Virus record (IMG/VR): IMGVR_UViG_3300020416_000001
Coordinates: 64,001-128,000 of that record
Length of the DNA stretch: 64,000 bases
Strand: one strand, 5' to 3'
From: a virus
Shown here: in pieces, positions 20,989-30,001 of the stretch
Layout of the letters: each line of letters opens with the position of its first letter
Position numbering within the stretch: the first letter of the stretch is position 1
The notes under the pieces: generated by a model
Told to the model about the DNA's origin: nothing
The model's database searches: none
Seen by the model: the letters and a program-made list of their open reading frames with translations, nothing else
Made by a program: the position numbers and the translations under genes

Positions 20989-21854
20989 TGCCATTAAATT
21001 CTTTTTTCACTAACGGAACGACTGGCGAGCAACAACTCGTCGAGGATCTTGTCGTAGAACAAATCAAGATGTTCGGTGTAGAACTATTCTACATTCCTAA
21101 AACCTTAGTATCTGAGGATAACATCCTTGGTGAAGATTCACTTAATAGTTTCAACTCTGCATATCAGATCGAAGGTTACCTTGAGAACGTACAAGGGTTT
21201 GGTGGAGATGGAGATTTGTTCAGTAAATTTGGTGTAAGGATTGCTGATCAGGTTAACTTTATTATTGCACGTAAAAGATTTAAGGATCTAGTTGATGATA
21301 ATACAACACTAGTGGTAGAAGGAAGACCCAATGAAGGAGATTTGATTTACTTCCCTCTTGCTAAAAAATTATTTCAGATTCAATATGTTGAATATGAGCA
21401 ACCATTCTATCAGTTAAACAAGATTCATATCTGGGGTCTCAAGTGTGAGTTGTTCGAATACAGTGGAGAGGACCTCGATACTGGCGTCGAAGACATCGAT
21501 GTTATCGAGAGAAACCTTGCTACAACTATCACCGTCAACTTTGCTGCAGGTGGTACTGGTGCATTCACAGTTGGTGAGGAGATCGTGGGTGGTACATCTA
21601 ATGTAACTGCTGAAGTTAAGAGTTGGGACTCTACTAATAACCAACTACAAGTGTACAACAGGTCTGGTATTTTCTCCATACCTGAGACCATTACTGGTCA
21701 AACCTCAGGTGCTGCTTGGACTACTGCAAGTTACAATACACTAAATAATACGAACTCGGAGTTTGATGCCAACGCTGACTTTGAGACCCTTGGGGACGCG
21801 ATCATTGACTTTAGTCAGGGCAACCCGTTTGGCGAATTTGGAGGTGAAGACTAA
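20988..21854 (+). CDS. gp14: neck protein gp14
   Basis: EQIKMFG, GDLFSKFG, RPNEGDLIYFP, PFYQL, NPFG. Confidence 0.95.
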   Translation: MPLNSFFTNGTTGEQQLVEDLVVEQIKMFGVELFYIPKTLVSEDNILGEDSLNSFNSAYQIEGYLENVQGFGGDGDLFSKFGVRIADQVNFIIARKRFKDLVDDNTTLVVEGRPNEGDLIYFPLAKKLFQIQYVEYEQPFYQLNKIHIWGLKCELFEYSGEDLDTGVEDIDVIERNLATTITVNFAAGGTGAFTVGEEIVGGTSNVTAEVKSWDSTNNQLQVYNRSGIFSIPETITGQTSGAAWTTASYNTLNNTNSEFDANADFETLGDAIIDFSQGNPFGEFGGED

Positions 21855-22651
21855 TGTTAGGAACGTATTCCTACAACGAAATTTTTAGAAAGACCGTTAT
21901 TGCATTCGGTACGCTTTTCAATAATATTGAAATCAAACGTACAGAAGGTAGTAAGACAGAGGTTATGAAAGTACCTCTTGCCTATGGTCCTAAAGATAAG
22001 TTTCTCGCTCGCATCAAACAGACTGGTGATCTAACCACTAAGAAAGCGGTTCAGATTACTCTTCCCAGAATCTCATTTGAGATTTCTGGATTTGCGTATG
22101 ATGCTACCAGAAAAGTATCACCTACGCAGGTGTTACGTTTTACTGGCACTGACAGTAAGACAAGAAAATCTTTTATGCCAGTACCATATAATGTGGACTT
22201 TGAACTGGCAATCCTAGCAAAGAATCAAGACGATGGTCTTCAGATTCTAGAACAGATTTTACCGTTCTTCCAACCGATGTTTAACATCACACTTAACTTA
22301 CAGGAAGCAATCGGTGAAGTAAAAGATTTCCCAGTTACATTGAACTCAGTGGTTTATGAGGATGACTACGAAGGTGACTTCACCACTCGTAGGACTCTGA
22401 TCTATACACTATCGTTTACTGCTAAGACATACATTTACGGTCCTGTCACTGACGTTACCGATAAACTTATCAAGAAAGCGATTGTGGATACTGCTACCGA
22501 TAGCAAACCCACTGCTGCACGTGAAGTCAGGTACACAGTTGAACCTGATCCTATCACAGCAGACCCTGATGATAACTTCGGATTTAATGAACTTTATAGT
22601 GAGTTTACAGATGGAAAATCAAGAAACCCAACCACAGGACAAGACGAGTAA
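21854..22651 (+). CDS. gp15: tail sheath stabiliser gp15
   Basis: FGTLFNNI, KVPLAYGPK, LPRISFE, QILEQILPFFQP. Confidence 0.95.
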   Translation: MLGTYSYNEIFRKTVIAFGTLFNNIEIKRTEGSKTEVMKVPLAYGPKDKFLARIKQTGDLTTKKAVQITLPRISFEISGFAYDATRKVSPTQVLRFTGTDSKTRKSFMPVPYNVDFELAILAKNQDDGLQILEQILPFFQPMFNITLNLQEAIGEVKDFPVTLNSVVYEDDYEGDFTTRRTLIYTLSFTAKTYIYGPVTDVTDKLIKKAIVDTATDSKPTAAREVRYTVEPDPITADPDDNFGFNELYSEFTDGKSRNPTTGQDE

Positions 22652-23057
22652 GTTCGACGGTATCGAGGATGCTCTTGATGTGGAGACATCTCTGGTCAAA
22701 CCAGGGCAACCACAGAAGAAAGCAATCGTACCAAATGTCACTGATCAACAGATCAAGGACTATGAATATTCTCGTGGAAACTTTTACTCACTGATCGAGA
22801 AAGGTCAGGAGGCGGTTGATGGTATTCTTGAACTAGCACAAGAGTCTGATTCACCTAGAGCATACGAAGTTGCAGGTAATTTAATTAAGAACGTTGCAGA
22901 TACTGCCGATAAATTGGCAGACCTCCACAAGAAAATGATGGAGATTGAAGGAGGACCGAAAGGTACATCAGCACAAAACGTTACTAATAACACTATGTTT
23001 GTTGGTTCTACAGCAGAACTTGCCAAGTTCTTGAAGCAACAAAAGAATGATAAATAG
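22611..23057 (+). CDS. gp16: terminase small subunit gp16
   Basis: DYEYSR, SDSPRAYEVAG, NNTMFVGSTAEL. ATG 22611 is preferred over the track start at 22482. Confidence 0.9.
   Translation: MENQETQPQDKTSKFDGIEDALDVETSLVKPGQPQKKAIVPNVTDQQIKDYEYSRGNFYSLIEKGQEAVDGILELAQESDSPRAYEVAGNLIKNVADTADKLADLHKKMMEIEGGPKGTSAQNVTNNTMFVGSTAELAKFLKQQKNDK
23049..23056 (+). promoter_or_regulatory. late promoter
   Basis: GATAAATA before 23081. Confidence 0.7.
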
Positions 23058-23080
23058 TAAAAACAAGTATTAAAAAGTCG

Positions 23081-23632
23081 ATGTCTGTATTAAATGTATT
23101 AGATACTACGACAGTGAGTGGATCAGGTACCGCTTATATTGTCGTGAAGACTGGTGTTGTACGGGCATATGCTGCAAGTGCTTCTTCTATCCAGTTTGAC
23201 GATGGTCCTGCGGTTACGTTGGCAGCAGGCGAAGCAATCCTTCTTCACACTGGTAAATCAAAGAACATTGGCGTCCACGCTGCGACCAATGCTAACGGTT
23301 CTGTATTCAGCGTTGGTGGAGCGGGCAGCGGATCAGGTGCAGGTGGAAGACATACATTTGCAGTTGGTGACTTTATTCAGACAGTAGATGGCGGAGATAC
23401 AAATGGTTTTGGTACTGACTTTGAATCTGCTGCATCAGCAGGTAAGAAAGTAACTGCAATCAGTGACCTAACAATCACAACAGATATTGATGCATCTGGT
23501 GCGGGCAGTGCATATACTCTCAGCGATGCTGACATTGTTGCAAACACAGTTCCTCAGATTCAGAGAACTGTAAAACTCACAGCAGGTAGTAACGACGTAG
23601 TTGTAGAAACAGTACAAATCGTTGGTGGTTAA
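23081..23632 (+). CDS. hypothetical beta-rich protein, possibly a virion component
   Basis: Gly/Ala/Thr-rich; follows a late promoter. Confidence 0.6.
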   Translation: MSVLNVLDTTTVSGSGTAYIVVKTGVVRAYAASASSIQFDDGPAVTLAAGEAILLHTGKSKNIGVHAATNANGSVFSVGGAGSGSGAGGRHTFAVGDFIQTVDGGDTNGFGTDFESAASAGKKVTAISDLTITTDIDASGAGSAYTLSDADIVANTVPQIQRTVKLTAGSNDVVVETVQIVGG

Positions 23633-23633
23633 G

Positions 23634-24326
23634 ATGGAAGCGCAACCTCAAAAGGAAAAAATTAATCCAAAGGATCAAGCGATCAAGAAGACTAAGCAAC
23701 TTCTAGACCGCAGGCAACTTATGATTAATCTTAGAAAGTTGCAACTTCAAAGAAAGTCCGTTCAACAAAAAGGAAACACTGATATGCACCTACAGACACA
23801 ATCGGTTGATCCCTGTGCTATGATAAGTTTCGGAGAGTTTATCTCCGAGGGCGGTCTCGCTCGGGCGATGCAGAAATCCAATACCAAAGTAACTGGACAT
23901 ATCAGTGCTGACCGTGGTTCTTCTGAAAAGGATAACCGTAGTAAAAGAAAAGGACTTGAAAAAGATCTTAAGAAGCACGGTATTGGTCACAAGAAAGGTG
24001 TTGGAGAGTATAAATATGATTCAGGTGAGACAGGTCGTGAGGTTTCGTACCACACTTCCAAACCCGACAAGATGTCCAAGCGTCGCTTTGGTAAAGTGAT
24101 GCGCCGTCTTGGTCGTAAGCACGGACAAGAATCTGTGATTACTAAAGACAAGGACAAACCTGCAAAGTTACACACTACCGAAAAAGGAAGCAAAGCAAAG
24201 TCTGAGACTCTAGGTAAGTCGAAGGTGGGCAAGCATCCAAAAGGATATGGTGAAACCTCATCAACTAAGGTGAGATCAGGTAAACTACCAGACAAATCTA
24301 AAGACAGGAAATTTCACTATGGCTGA
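23634..24326 (+). CDS. basic putative internal head protein
   Basis: Internal MISFGEFISE at 23820; K/R-rich; GHISADRG, LGRKHGQESV. Confidence 0.55.
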   Translation: MEAQPQKEKINPKDQAIKKTKQLLDRRQLMINLRKLQLQRKSVQQKGNTDMHLQTQSVDPCAMISFGEFISEGGLARAMQKSNTKVTGHISADRGSSEKDNRSKRKGLEKDLKKHGIGHKKGVGEYKYDSGETGREVSYHTSKPDKMSKRRFGKVMRRLGRKHGQESVITKDKDKPAKLHTTEKGSKAKSETLGKSKVGKHPKGYGETSSTKVRSGKLPDKSKDRKFHYG

Positions 24327-24462
24327 ACAGAACAACAATGGACAGTGGGTATGTCAGTATTGTGACCTCACTTCCCCTCAAGGACATTGGCGTCCTAAAA
24401 CTTGGATCGAAAAGCACGAATTAAATTGTGCATCTAACCCCAAACTCAATAAGGAAAAATGA
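24319..24462 (+). CDS. 47-aa Zn-finger-like protein (absent from the ORF track)
   Basis: MAEQNNNGQWVCQYC...HELNCASNPK; overlaps both neighbours. Confidence 0.65.
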   Translation: MAEQNNNGQWVCQYCDLTSPQGHWRPKTWIEKHELNCASNPKLNKEK

Positions 24463-25376
24463 AATCATTTAGCGAGTTCCTCACAGAAAGACAAAAGGAC
24501 AGCGACAACCAGAGATTAAGTCAAGAACGTGGTCGTTCTAACTATGGTAAAGCGTCTGTTCGTAATGTCAGAGCAACAGGTCAAGGTGGCAATGGTGCTG
24601 ACCCTGCTGAGAGACTCGTGGCAATGGATGCAAGACACAAGGCACACAAAGAAAAACGTGGTGTCAAAACTAAGGGTCTCAAAGAAGGATTAACTGGTGC
24701 AAGAGCACAACGTGCTCGTGAGATGCAAGATAGTGACATCAAAAAAGGTGGTGGTAAGAGAACTAATGCTGATAGAGATACAGCATTCAGACTTGGCACT
24801 GGCACAAGTGAGACCCGAATTTCACAAAAACAAAGAAAGGGTGCAAGTGATCAAGGCAAAGGTAACGCTGCCAAACGTCGTATGAGTGAAGGGGTAGGAC
24901 TTTCTATTGCGAGAGCGATTGACAAAACTAATCCACCTCTCGGAAGAGCATCTAAGAGAAAGGCAATCAGTCACGCACTAAAGATGCGTGAGATTATGAA
25001 GGATACTAAAAAGAACAAACAGAAAGACGATCCCTATTCAGCAGGTAAGATTGCTAAGGCAGCACTTGGTGGTAAGGATAGTAAGAAGAAAAAGAAACCA
25101 GAAAAATCTCCTGTTTCATTCCTACAGGACAAGCAAGTAAAAGAAAGTGCTTGGCAAAGAAAGGAAGGCAAGAATCCTAGTGGTGGACTGAACGAGAAAG
25201 GACGCAAGTCCTATGAAAGAGAGAATCCTGGTTCAGATCTCAAAGCACCACAACCCGAAGGTGGTCCTAGAAAAAGATCATTCTGTGCTCGTATGAGTGG
25301 AGTGAAAGGACCTATGAAAGATGAGAAGGGCAGACCTACACGTAAAGCACTCGCACTTAGGAAGTGGAAGTGCTAG
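24459..25376 (+). CDS. basic putative internal head (poly)protein
   Basis: N-terminal MKSFSEFLTE; C-terminal AWQRKEGKNPSGGLN...SFCARM...LRKWKC. Confidence 0.6.
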   Translation: MKSFSEFLTERQKDSDNQRLSQERGRSNYGKASVRNVRATGQGGNGADPAERLVAMDARHKAHKEKRGVKTKGLKEGLTGARAQRAREMQDSDIKKGGGKRTNADRDTAFRLGTGTSETRISQKQRKGASDQGKGNAAKRRMSEGVGLSIARAIDKTNPPLGRASKRKAISHALKMREIMKDTKKNKQKDDPYSAGKIAKAALGGKDSKKKKKPEKSPVSFLQDKQVKESAWQRKEGKNPSGGLNEKGRKSYERENPGSDLKAPQPEGGPRKRSFCARMSGVKGPMKDEKGRPTRKALALRKWKC

Positions 25377-25438
25377 TATTTTAATTGACATATATAATAT
25401 TCCATCCTAAATTTGAATAGTAAACTGGGGAGATTCCT

Positions 25439-25711
25439 ATGTCGGATGACTTCGCGTTCAAGATCGAGCAAAAAGTCTGCCAAAAATGTGGTGCAACTTG
25501 GTTAAATGGTGAACACCGTTGGACTGGCACTGGCGCTAAGGGAAACGAACTAGACTTGGCAGGTTTAGTATGTAATAATATCGACAAGACAGACCCCGAT
25601 TACAGTAAATGTATCAACCCCAAGAGGGGTGAAATCGGTGGTGATACTTGGGAATATCGACGAGGTTACGTTGATGGTGTGATGAGACAATTCGAGAACA
25701 GGAATCCCTGA
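25439..25711 (+). CDS. hypothetical protein with four Cys
   Basis: CQKCGATW...LAGLVC...CINP; GGAG ribosome-binding site upstream. Confidence 0.7.
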   Translation: MSDDFAFKIEQKVCQKCGATWLNGEHRWTGTGAKGNELDLAGLVCNNIDKTDPDYSKCINPKRGEIGGDTWEYRRGYVDGVMRQFENRNP

Positions 25712-25767
25712 CATATCTCGTAACGTCTTTTTGCAGCACAACTAGATAACTTAGTTGATCATTTTAT

Positions 25768-26091
25768 ATGAAGTTCATTCTGGCATTCTTTGCAACTCTG
25801 TTCTTGGCATTGCCAGTTTTTGCTGTCGATATTAATATGGGAGATGATGGAAAATTAGTTTTCCAACCTTCAGAGGTTACTATCTCTGCAGGTGAGACTG
25901 TTCATTTTTTGAACACTATGTTGCCTCCACATAATATTATAGTAGAATCACGTCCAGACCTTTCTAGGGAAGCACTTATGTTTAACCCAGGAGAGACTAT
26001 GGACATTACATTCCATACCCCAGGTGATTACGAATTCTTTTGTGCACCACATAGGGAAGCAGGAATGACAGGAACAATTCACGTAAACTGA
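25768..26091 (+). CDS. petE: plastocyanin
   Basis: Signal peptide; LVFQPS, PPHN, YEFFCAPHREAGM (His, Cys, His, Met copper ligands). Confidence 0.95.
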   Translation: MKFILAFFATLFLALPVFAVDINMGDDGKLVFQPSEVTISAGETVHFLNTMLPPHNIIVESRPDLSREALMFNPGETMDITFHTPGDYEFFCAPHREAGMTGTIHVN

Positions 26092-26441
26092 TGACTAAAA
26101 CACCAGAAAACCCGTCTAAGATAACGATCAAGGACGTGACCGATTCTGAAAAGGATTGGCAAGACTTTTGGGAATCCAATGAATCTATTGATTATTGGAT
26201 GCCTGAGTTAGGAGACTACCCAATGACAAATCGTTTTAAGGAGATACTTCCTGCAAAACGTCCACCGACTGTAGAAGAAGTAGATGAAATGATCGAGGCG
26301 AAGATTCGTCGTCATAATCGGAATGCTTCATTTATTAGTATGGCACTGGGATTCGCATTCCTAGGAGCATTCGTTGATGGTTTTTTGAGAGTCATTGGTA
26401 AAATTGCCCCATTCTTAGGTATAGACGTTAGCATTTTGTAA
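26091..26441 (+). CDS. hypothetical membrane protein with a possible internal start at 26223
   Basis: C-terminal hydrophobic segment; AGGAG before the ATG at 26223. Confidence 0.6.
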   Translation: MTKTPENPSKITIKDVTDSEKDWQDFWESNESIDYWMPELGDYPMTNRFKEILPAKRPPTVEEVDEMIEAKIRRHNRNASFISMALGFAFLGAFVDGFLRVIGKIAPFLGIDVSIL

Positions 26442-26459
26442 ACCCGCAAAGGACAAACA

Positions 26460-26633
26460 ATGAGTTGCAACCAGTGTGATGAAGAACGTAACTTCGACAA
26501 AGAAGATTACAGATTGATACTTGATGCTCTATGGAAGCGTCAACGCTGCTATATTGCAGGGGATAAGATGTTTAAGCACTACGGAAGTATTATTTCTGAA
26601 GTAGAACGAAGGTCTGAAATGGTAAAACAATGA
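26460..26633 (+). CDS. 57-aa hypothetical protein (absent from the ORF track)
   Basis: MSCNQCDEE...ILDALWKRQRCYIAGD; AAGGA upstream; fills the gap between neighbours. Confidence 0.6.
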   Translation: MSCNQCDEERNFDKEDYRLILDALWKRQRCYIAGDKMFKHYGSIISEVERRSEMVKQ

Positions 26634-26640
26634 GTTAAAG

Positions 26641-26907
26641 ATGACAATACCAAAAGAATACAAAGTTCGACTCAATATTAATGAGTTGATTGAAAAGAGA
26701 ATACCGTGCTGTGATTTACTGCACCCTGATCATTGCTTGACAGAGCAACAGGTCGCAGAGATTGCACACGATATTAGTATGGACTTGGATCTGCACCCAG
26801 TCTATAAACAAATAGATCAGCATATCTTAAGGTATGTTGCTGCAGCAGGAATTAAGAACGAAGACCATTGGGTTGAAGAGCGTTTGAATCATCCTTCAGA
26901 TGGGTGA
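26641..26907 (+). CDS. hypothetical protein
   Basis: 88-aa ORF within the operon. Confidence 0.65.
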   Translation: MTIPKEYKVRLNINELIEKRIPCCDLLHPDHCLTEQQVAEIAHDISMDLDLHPVYKQIDQHILRYVAAAGIKNEDHWVEERLNHPSDG

Positions 26908-27079
26908 TCCTGTTTGGTCTGTTAACATAATGATTGCCATTCTTGTAATAATAGTCACACTTTACATTGCCTATATATTGAGAATGTCTTTCAAGGAATT
27001 AGAAGATGGGAGCAATGGTGCCACCGAGTCGGAAGAGTTGTTACAACTTCCGAGTGACCGAGGTGAACAGAGTTCTTGA
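26900..27079 (+). CDS. small single-pass membrane protein (absent from the ORF track)
   Basis: MGDPVWSVNIMIAILVIIVTLYIAYILRM. Confidence 0.55.
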   Translation: MGDPVWSVNIMIAILVIIVTLYIAYILRMSFKELEDGSNGATESEELLQLPSDRGEQSS

Positions 27080-27467
27080 CGGAGATACGATTGATGTAAC
27101 AATCGATCTCGGTTTTGATCTATATAAAAAAGAGCGAGTAAGAATCGCAGGTGTAGATACTCCTGAGAAACGTACTCGTAATCTGGAGGAGAAGGCACTT
27201 GGAATCGATGCAACCGAATGGCTCAAAGCAAAACTGGAAGATACAATCTCTGGTGATGATGAGTTGTCTATTAGGACTGAACTTGTTGGTGGTGTCGGTA
27301 AGTATGGTCGCTTACTCGGTTGGTTATACGTCGGGGACTCAGATGTGTCCCTTAATGAACAAATGATCACCGAAGGTTATGCGTGGGAGTATGACGGCGG
27401 TACCAAACAAAAGGACTTTAACGAACTCCGTGAAATCCGTAAATCAAAAGGCACCCTTGTAGAATGA
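27006..27467 (+). CDS. staphylococcal-nuclease (thermonuclease) family endonuclease
   Basis: RVLDGDTIDV, RIAGVDTPE, GKYGRLLG, NEQMITEGYA. Confidence 0.9.
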   Translation: MGAMVPPSRKSCYNFRVTEVNRVLDGDTIDVTIDLGFDLYKKERVRIAGVDTPEKRTRNLEEKALGIDATEWLKAKLEDTISGDDELSIRTELVGGVGKYGRLLGWLYVGDSDVSLNEQMITEGYAWEYDGGTKQKDFNELREIRKSKGTLVE

Positions 27468-27667
27468 GAAAAGAAATCCTAGAAGCAGTTAAACTGCACG
27501 CTTTAGGTAACATCGAAAAGCATAAGATAAATATCGAAATTTATCTAACAAACCCTGTCGGTATCGGAGAGCACTCTGATGTAGTGGCAGCGATCTTAGG
27601 AGAGATCGATCAAATCTCCCATTATCACGATCAACTAGAGGTACTAGAAAAGTACATAGACAAATAA
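27464..27667 (+). CDS. conserved hypothetical protein
   Basis: NPVGIGEHSD motif. Confidence 0.7.
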   Translation: MRKEILEAVKLHALGNIEKHKINIEIYLTNPVGIGEHSDVVAAILGEIDQISHYHDQLEVLEKYIDK

Positions 27668-27668
27668 A

Positions 27669-27944
27669 ATGGATTCCTCCTTTGTCCCATTAGCACTTTG
27701 GTTAGTGTTGGTGGGCGTCGCTATCTCAATGGTACTGCAAGCATTTATGATTGCAAAAGAGATGGGCGGTTATAAAAGAAATCCTCGTGACTTCACGAGG
27801 CATCCTGAGATAGAGGAGATGGATCCTGATGAGAAATTATTGTCTATCAAGTTTAATTACTATGCTGACGAGTATCCAGAGGGATACGATGAACTACAAA
27901 AACGTATAGATAATTTGAAACGGAAGGAACAGAATGGGACTTGA
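27669..27944 (+). CDS. hypothetical membrane protein
   Basis: N-terminal TM segment followed by HPEI. Confidence 0.65.
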   Translation: MDSSFVPLALWLVLVGVAISMVLQAFMIAKEMGGYKRNPRDFTRHPEIEEMDPDEKLLSIKFNYYADEYPEGYDELQKRIDNLKRKEQNGT

Positions 27945-29580
27945 TGCATACTTAGGTAATCCCAATCTAAAGAAAGCAAACGTAGGACAGAACTTCACAC
28001 CAAAACAGGTAAAGGAATTTATCAAGTGTGCAGGTGATCCTATCTATTTTATCAAGAAGTACATCAAGATTGTATCTCTAGATGAGGGTGTCATACCATT
28101 TAACTTGTATGACTTCCAAGAAACTATGGTGAATCGCTTTCACGAGAACAGATTTAATATTGCAAAACTACCAAGACAGTCTGGTAAATCGACTGTTGTT
28201 ACCGCGTACTTATTATGGTATGTAATTTTTAACGATAACGTTAATGTCGCAATCCTCGCAAACAAAGCAGCAACTGCACGAGAGATGCTTGGGCGTCTAC
28301 AACTCAGTTACGAAAATCTTCCTAAGTGGATGCAGCAAGGTATTATTGGTTGGAACAAAGGGTCAGTGGAACTGGAGAACGGAAGTAAACTCCTGGCTGC
28401 ATCTACTAGTGCTAGTGCCGTCCGTGGTATGTCTTTTAACGTCATATTTTTGGACGAATTCGCGTTCGTTCCGAATAACATTGCGGATCAGTTTTTTAGT
28501 TCTGTCTATCCTACTATTTCTTCTGGTAAATCCACTAAAGTTATTATCATCTCTACACCTCACGGGATGAATATGTACTACAAACTCTGGCACGATGCCG
28601 AGCGTGGTACTAATGAATATATTCCTACAGAGGTTCACTGGTCTGAGGTTCCAGGCAGAGACGCTGAATGGAAAGCACAAACTATCCGTAACACATCTGA
28701 ACAACAGTTCCGTGTTGAGTTTGAGTGTGAGTTCCTTGGATCTGTAGACACTCTGATCTCTCCTAGTAAGTTGAGAGTGATGACTTACGATGAACCATTG
28801 GAGAAAAAGAATGGTCTGGATGTATTTGAGAAACCACAGGAGGGACATAATTATACAATGACAGTGGACGTGGCAAGAGGTATTGATGGAGACTACAGTG
28901 CATTCACACTATTCGATACATCTACCGTTCCATATAAGTTAGTTGCTAAGTATAGAAATAATGAAGTCAAACCTATGCTGTTTCCTGATATTATCTGTCA
29001 GGTTGGAAGAGCATACAACCACGCTTATATCCTTGTAGAAGTAAATGATATTGGTGGTCAAGTTGCAGATATTATACAGTATGATCTTGAGTATGACAAC
29101 CTGCTGATGGCAGCAATGCGTGGTAGAGCAGGACAGGTTGTTGGTCAAGGATTCTCTGGTGGTAAGGTACAACTAGGTGTCAAGATGTCAACCGCAGTTA
29201 AGAAGGTCGGTTGTTCCAACTTGAAGCAGTTACTAGAAGATGATAAGTTAATCCTGCACGATTATGATATTATCTCTGAACTAACTACATTCATTCAGAA
29301 GGGTCAATCTTGGGCAGCAGAGGAAGGTTGTAATGATGACCTTGCTATGTGTCTGGTAATGTTCTCGTGGTTGGCAGTTCAAGATTACTTTAAGGAACTC
29401 CACGATAACGATATTCGTGCTAGAATGTACGCTGAACAACGCGAAGCGATAGAAGCAGATATGGCACCGTTTGGTTTTATGGATGATGGTCTCCAAGAAG
29501 AGACTATCGTAGATCCAGAAGGTCAGGTGTGGCATACTGACGAATATGGTGATCGCTCTTATATGTGGGACTACAGATGA
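27934..29580 (+). CDS. gp17: terminase large subunit gp17
   Basis: YLGNPNLK, PRQSGKST (Walker A), IFLDEFAF (Walker B), DVARG and DDLAM nuclease motifs. Confidence 0.97.
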   Translation: MGLDAYLGNPNLKKANVGQNFTPKQVKEFIKCAGDPIYFIKKYIKIVSLDEGVIPFNLYDFQETMVNRFHENRFNIAKLPRQSGKSTVVTAYLLWYVIFNDNVNVAILANKAATAREMLGRLQLSYENLPKWMQQGIIGWNKGSVELENGSKLLAASTSASAVRGMSFNVIFLDEFAFVPNNIADQFFSSVYPTISSGKSTKVIIISTPHGMNMYYKLWHDAERGTNEYIPTEVHWSEVPGRDAEWKAQTIRNTSEQQFRVEFECEFLGSVDTLISPSKLRVMTYDEPLEKKNGLDVFEKPQEGHNYTMTVDVARGIDGDYSAFTLFDTSTVPYKLVAKYRNNEVKPMLFPDIICQVGRAYNHAYILVEVNDIGGQVADIIQYDLEYDNLLMAAMRGRAGQVVGQGFSGGKVQLGVKMSTAVKKVGCSNLKQLLEDDKLILHDYDIISELTTFIQKGQSWAAEEGCNDDLAMCLVMFSWLAVQDYFKELHDNDIRARMYAEQREAIEADMAPFGFMDDGLQEETIVDPEGQVWHTDEYGDRSYMWDYR

Positions 29581-29687
29581 TAGAAACAATGTTAGGACAG
29601 ATGGCAACCACACTATTCATATTAGTGTTGTTCTCGTTTGGATTCGTAATGGGTTATGCAGCAAGGAAGAGTGAGGAAGAACCTTGA
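29577..29687 (+). CDS. 36-aa membrane peptide (absent from the ORF track)
   Basis: ATGA overlap with gp17; TLFILVLFSFGFVMGYAA. Confidence 0.5.
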   Translation: MIETMLGQMATTLFILVLFSFGFVMGYAARKSEEEP

Positions 29688-29917
29688 GTCTTGAGGAAGA
29701 GTTTGAACTAGAAGCATTCCTGTTTGTAGATAGACAGTGCAGGAGATGTTTGAGAACTCTTTCTCTTTTAGATAACTTCTATAAGACAAGAAAAGATCGG
29801 GGGCAGAACCCGTCAGCATATTCGTATGAGTGTAAATACTGTACCAAGAGAAGAGTGACAAAGTATAGAAAAGCAAAACCTAAGCATAGAAAGGAATCTG
29901 AGTATCCTGACTGGTAA
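29684..29917 (+). CDS. small Cys4 Zn-binding protein
   Basis: RQCRRC...FY...YSYECKYC; ends YPDW. Confidence 0.7.
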   Translation: MSLEEEFELEAFLFVDRQCRRCLRTLSLLDNFYKTRKDRGQNPSAYSYECKYCTKRRVTKYRKAKPKHRKESEYPDW

Positions 29918-29955
29918 TGTTCACGTTCTGTTTCCCCGCTTGAACAATACCTTTT

Positions 29956-29963
29956 CCTAAATA
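29956..29963 (+). promoter_or_regulatory. late promoter
   Basis: CCTAAATA before gp18. Confidence 0.7.
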
Positions 29964-30001
29964 ATTTCAGCAATAGATTGAGATTTTCAAGGAGCTAACC
30001 A

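Noticed and set aside
29918-29946. TGTTCA...TGAACA inverted repeat before gp18
   Set aside because: Only a 6-bp stem with a long loop and no U tract; too weak without conservation data
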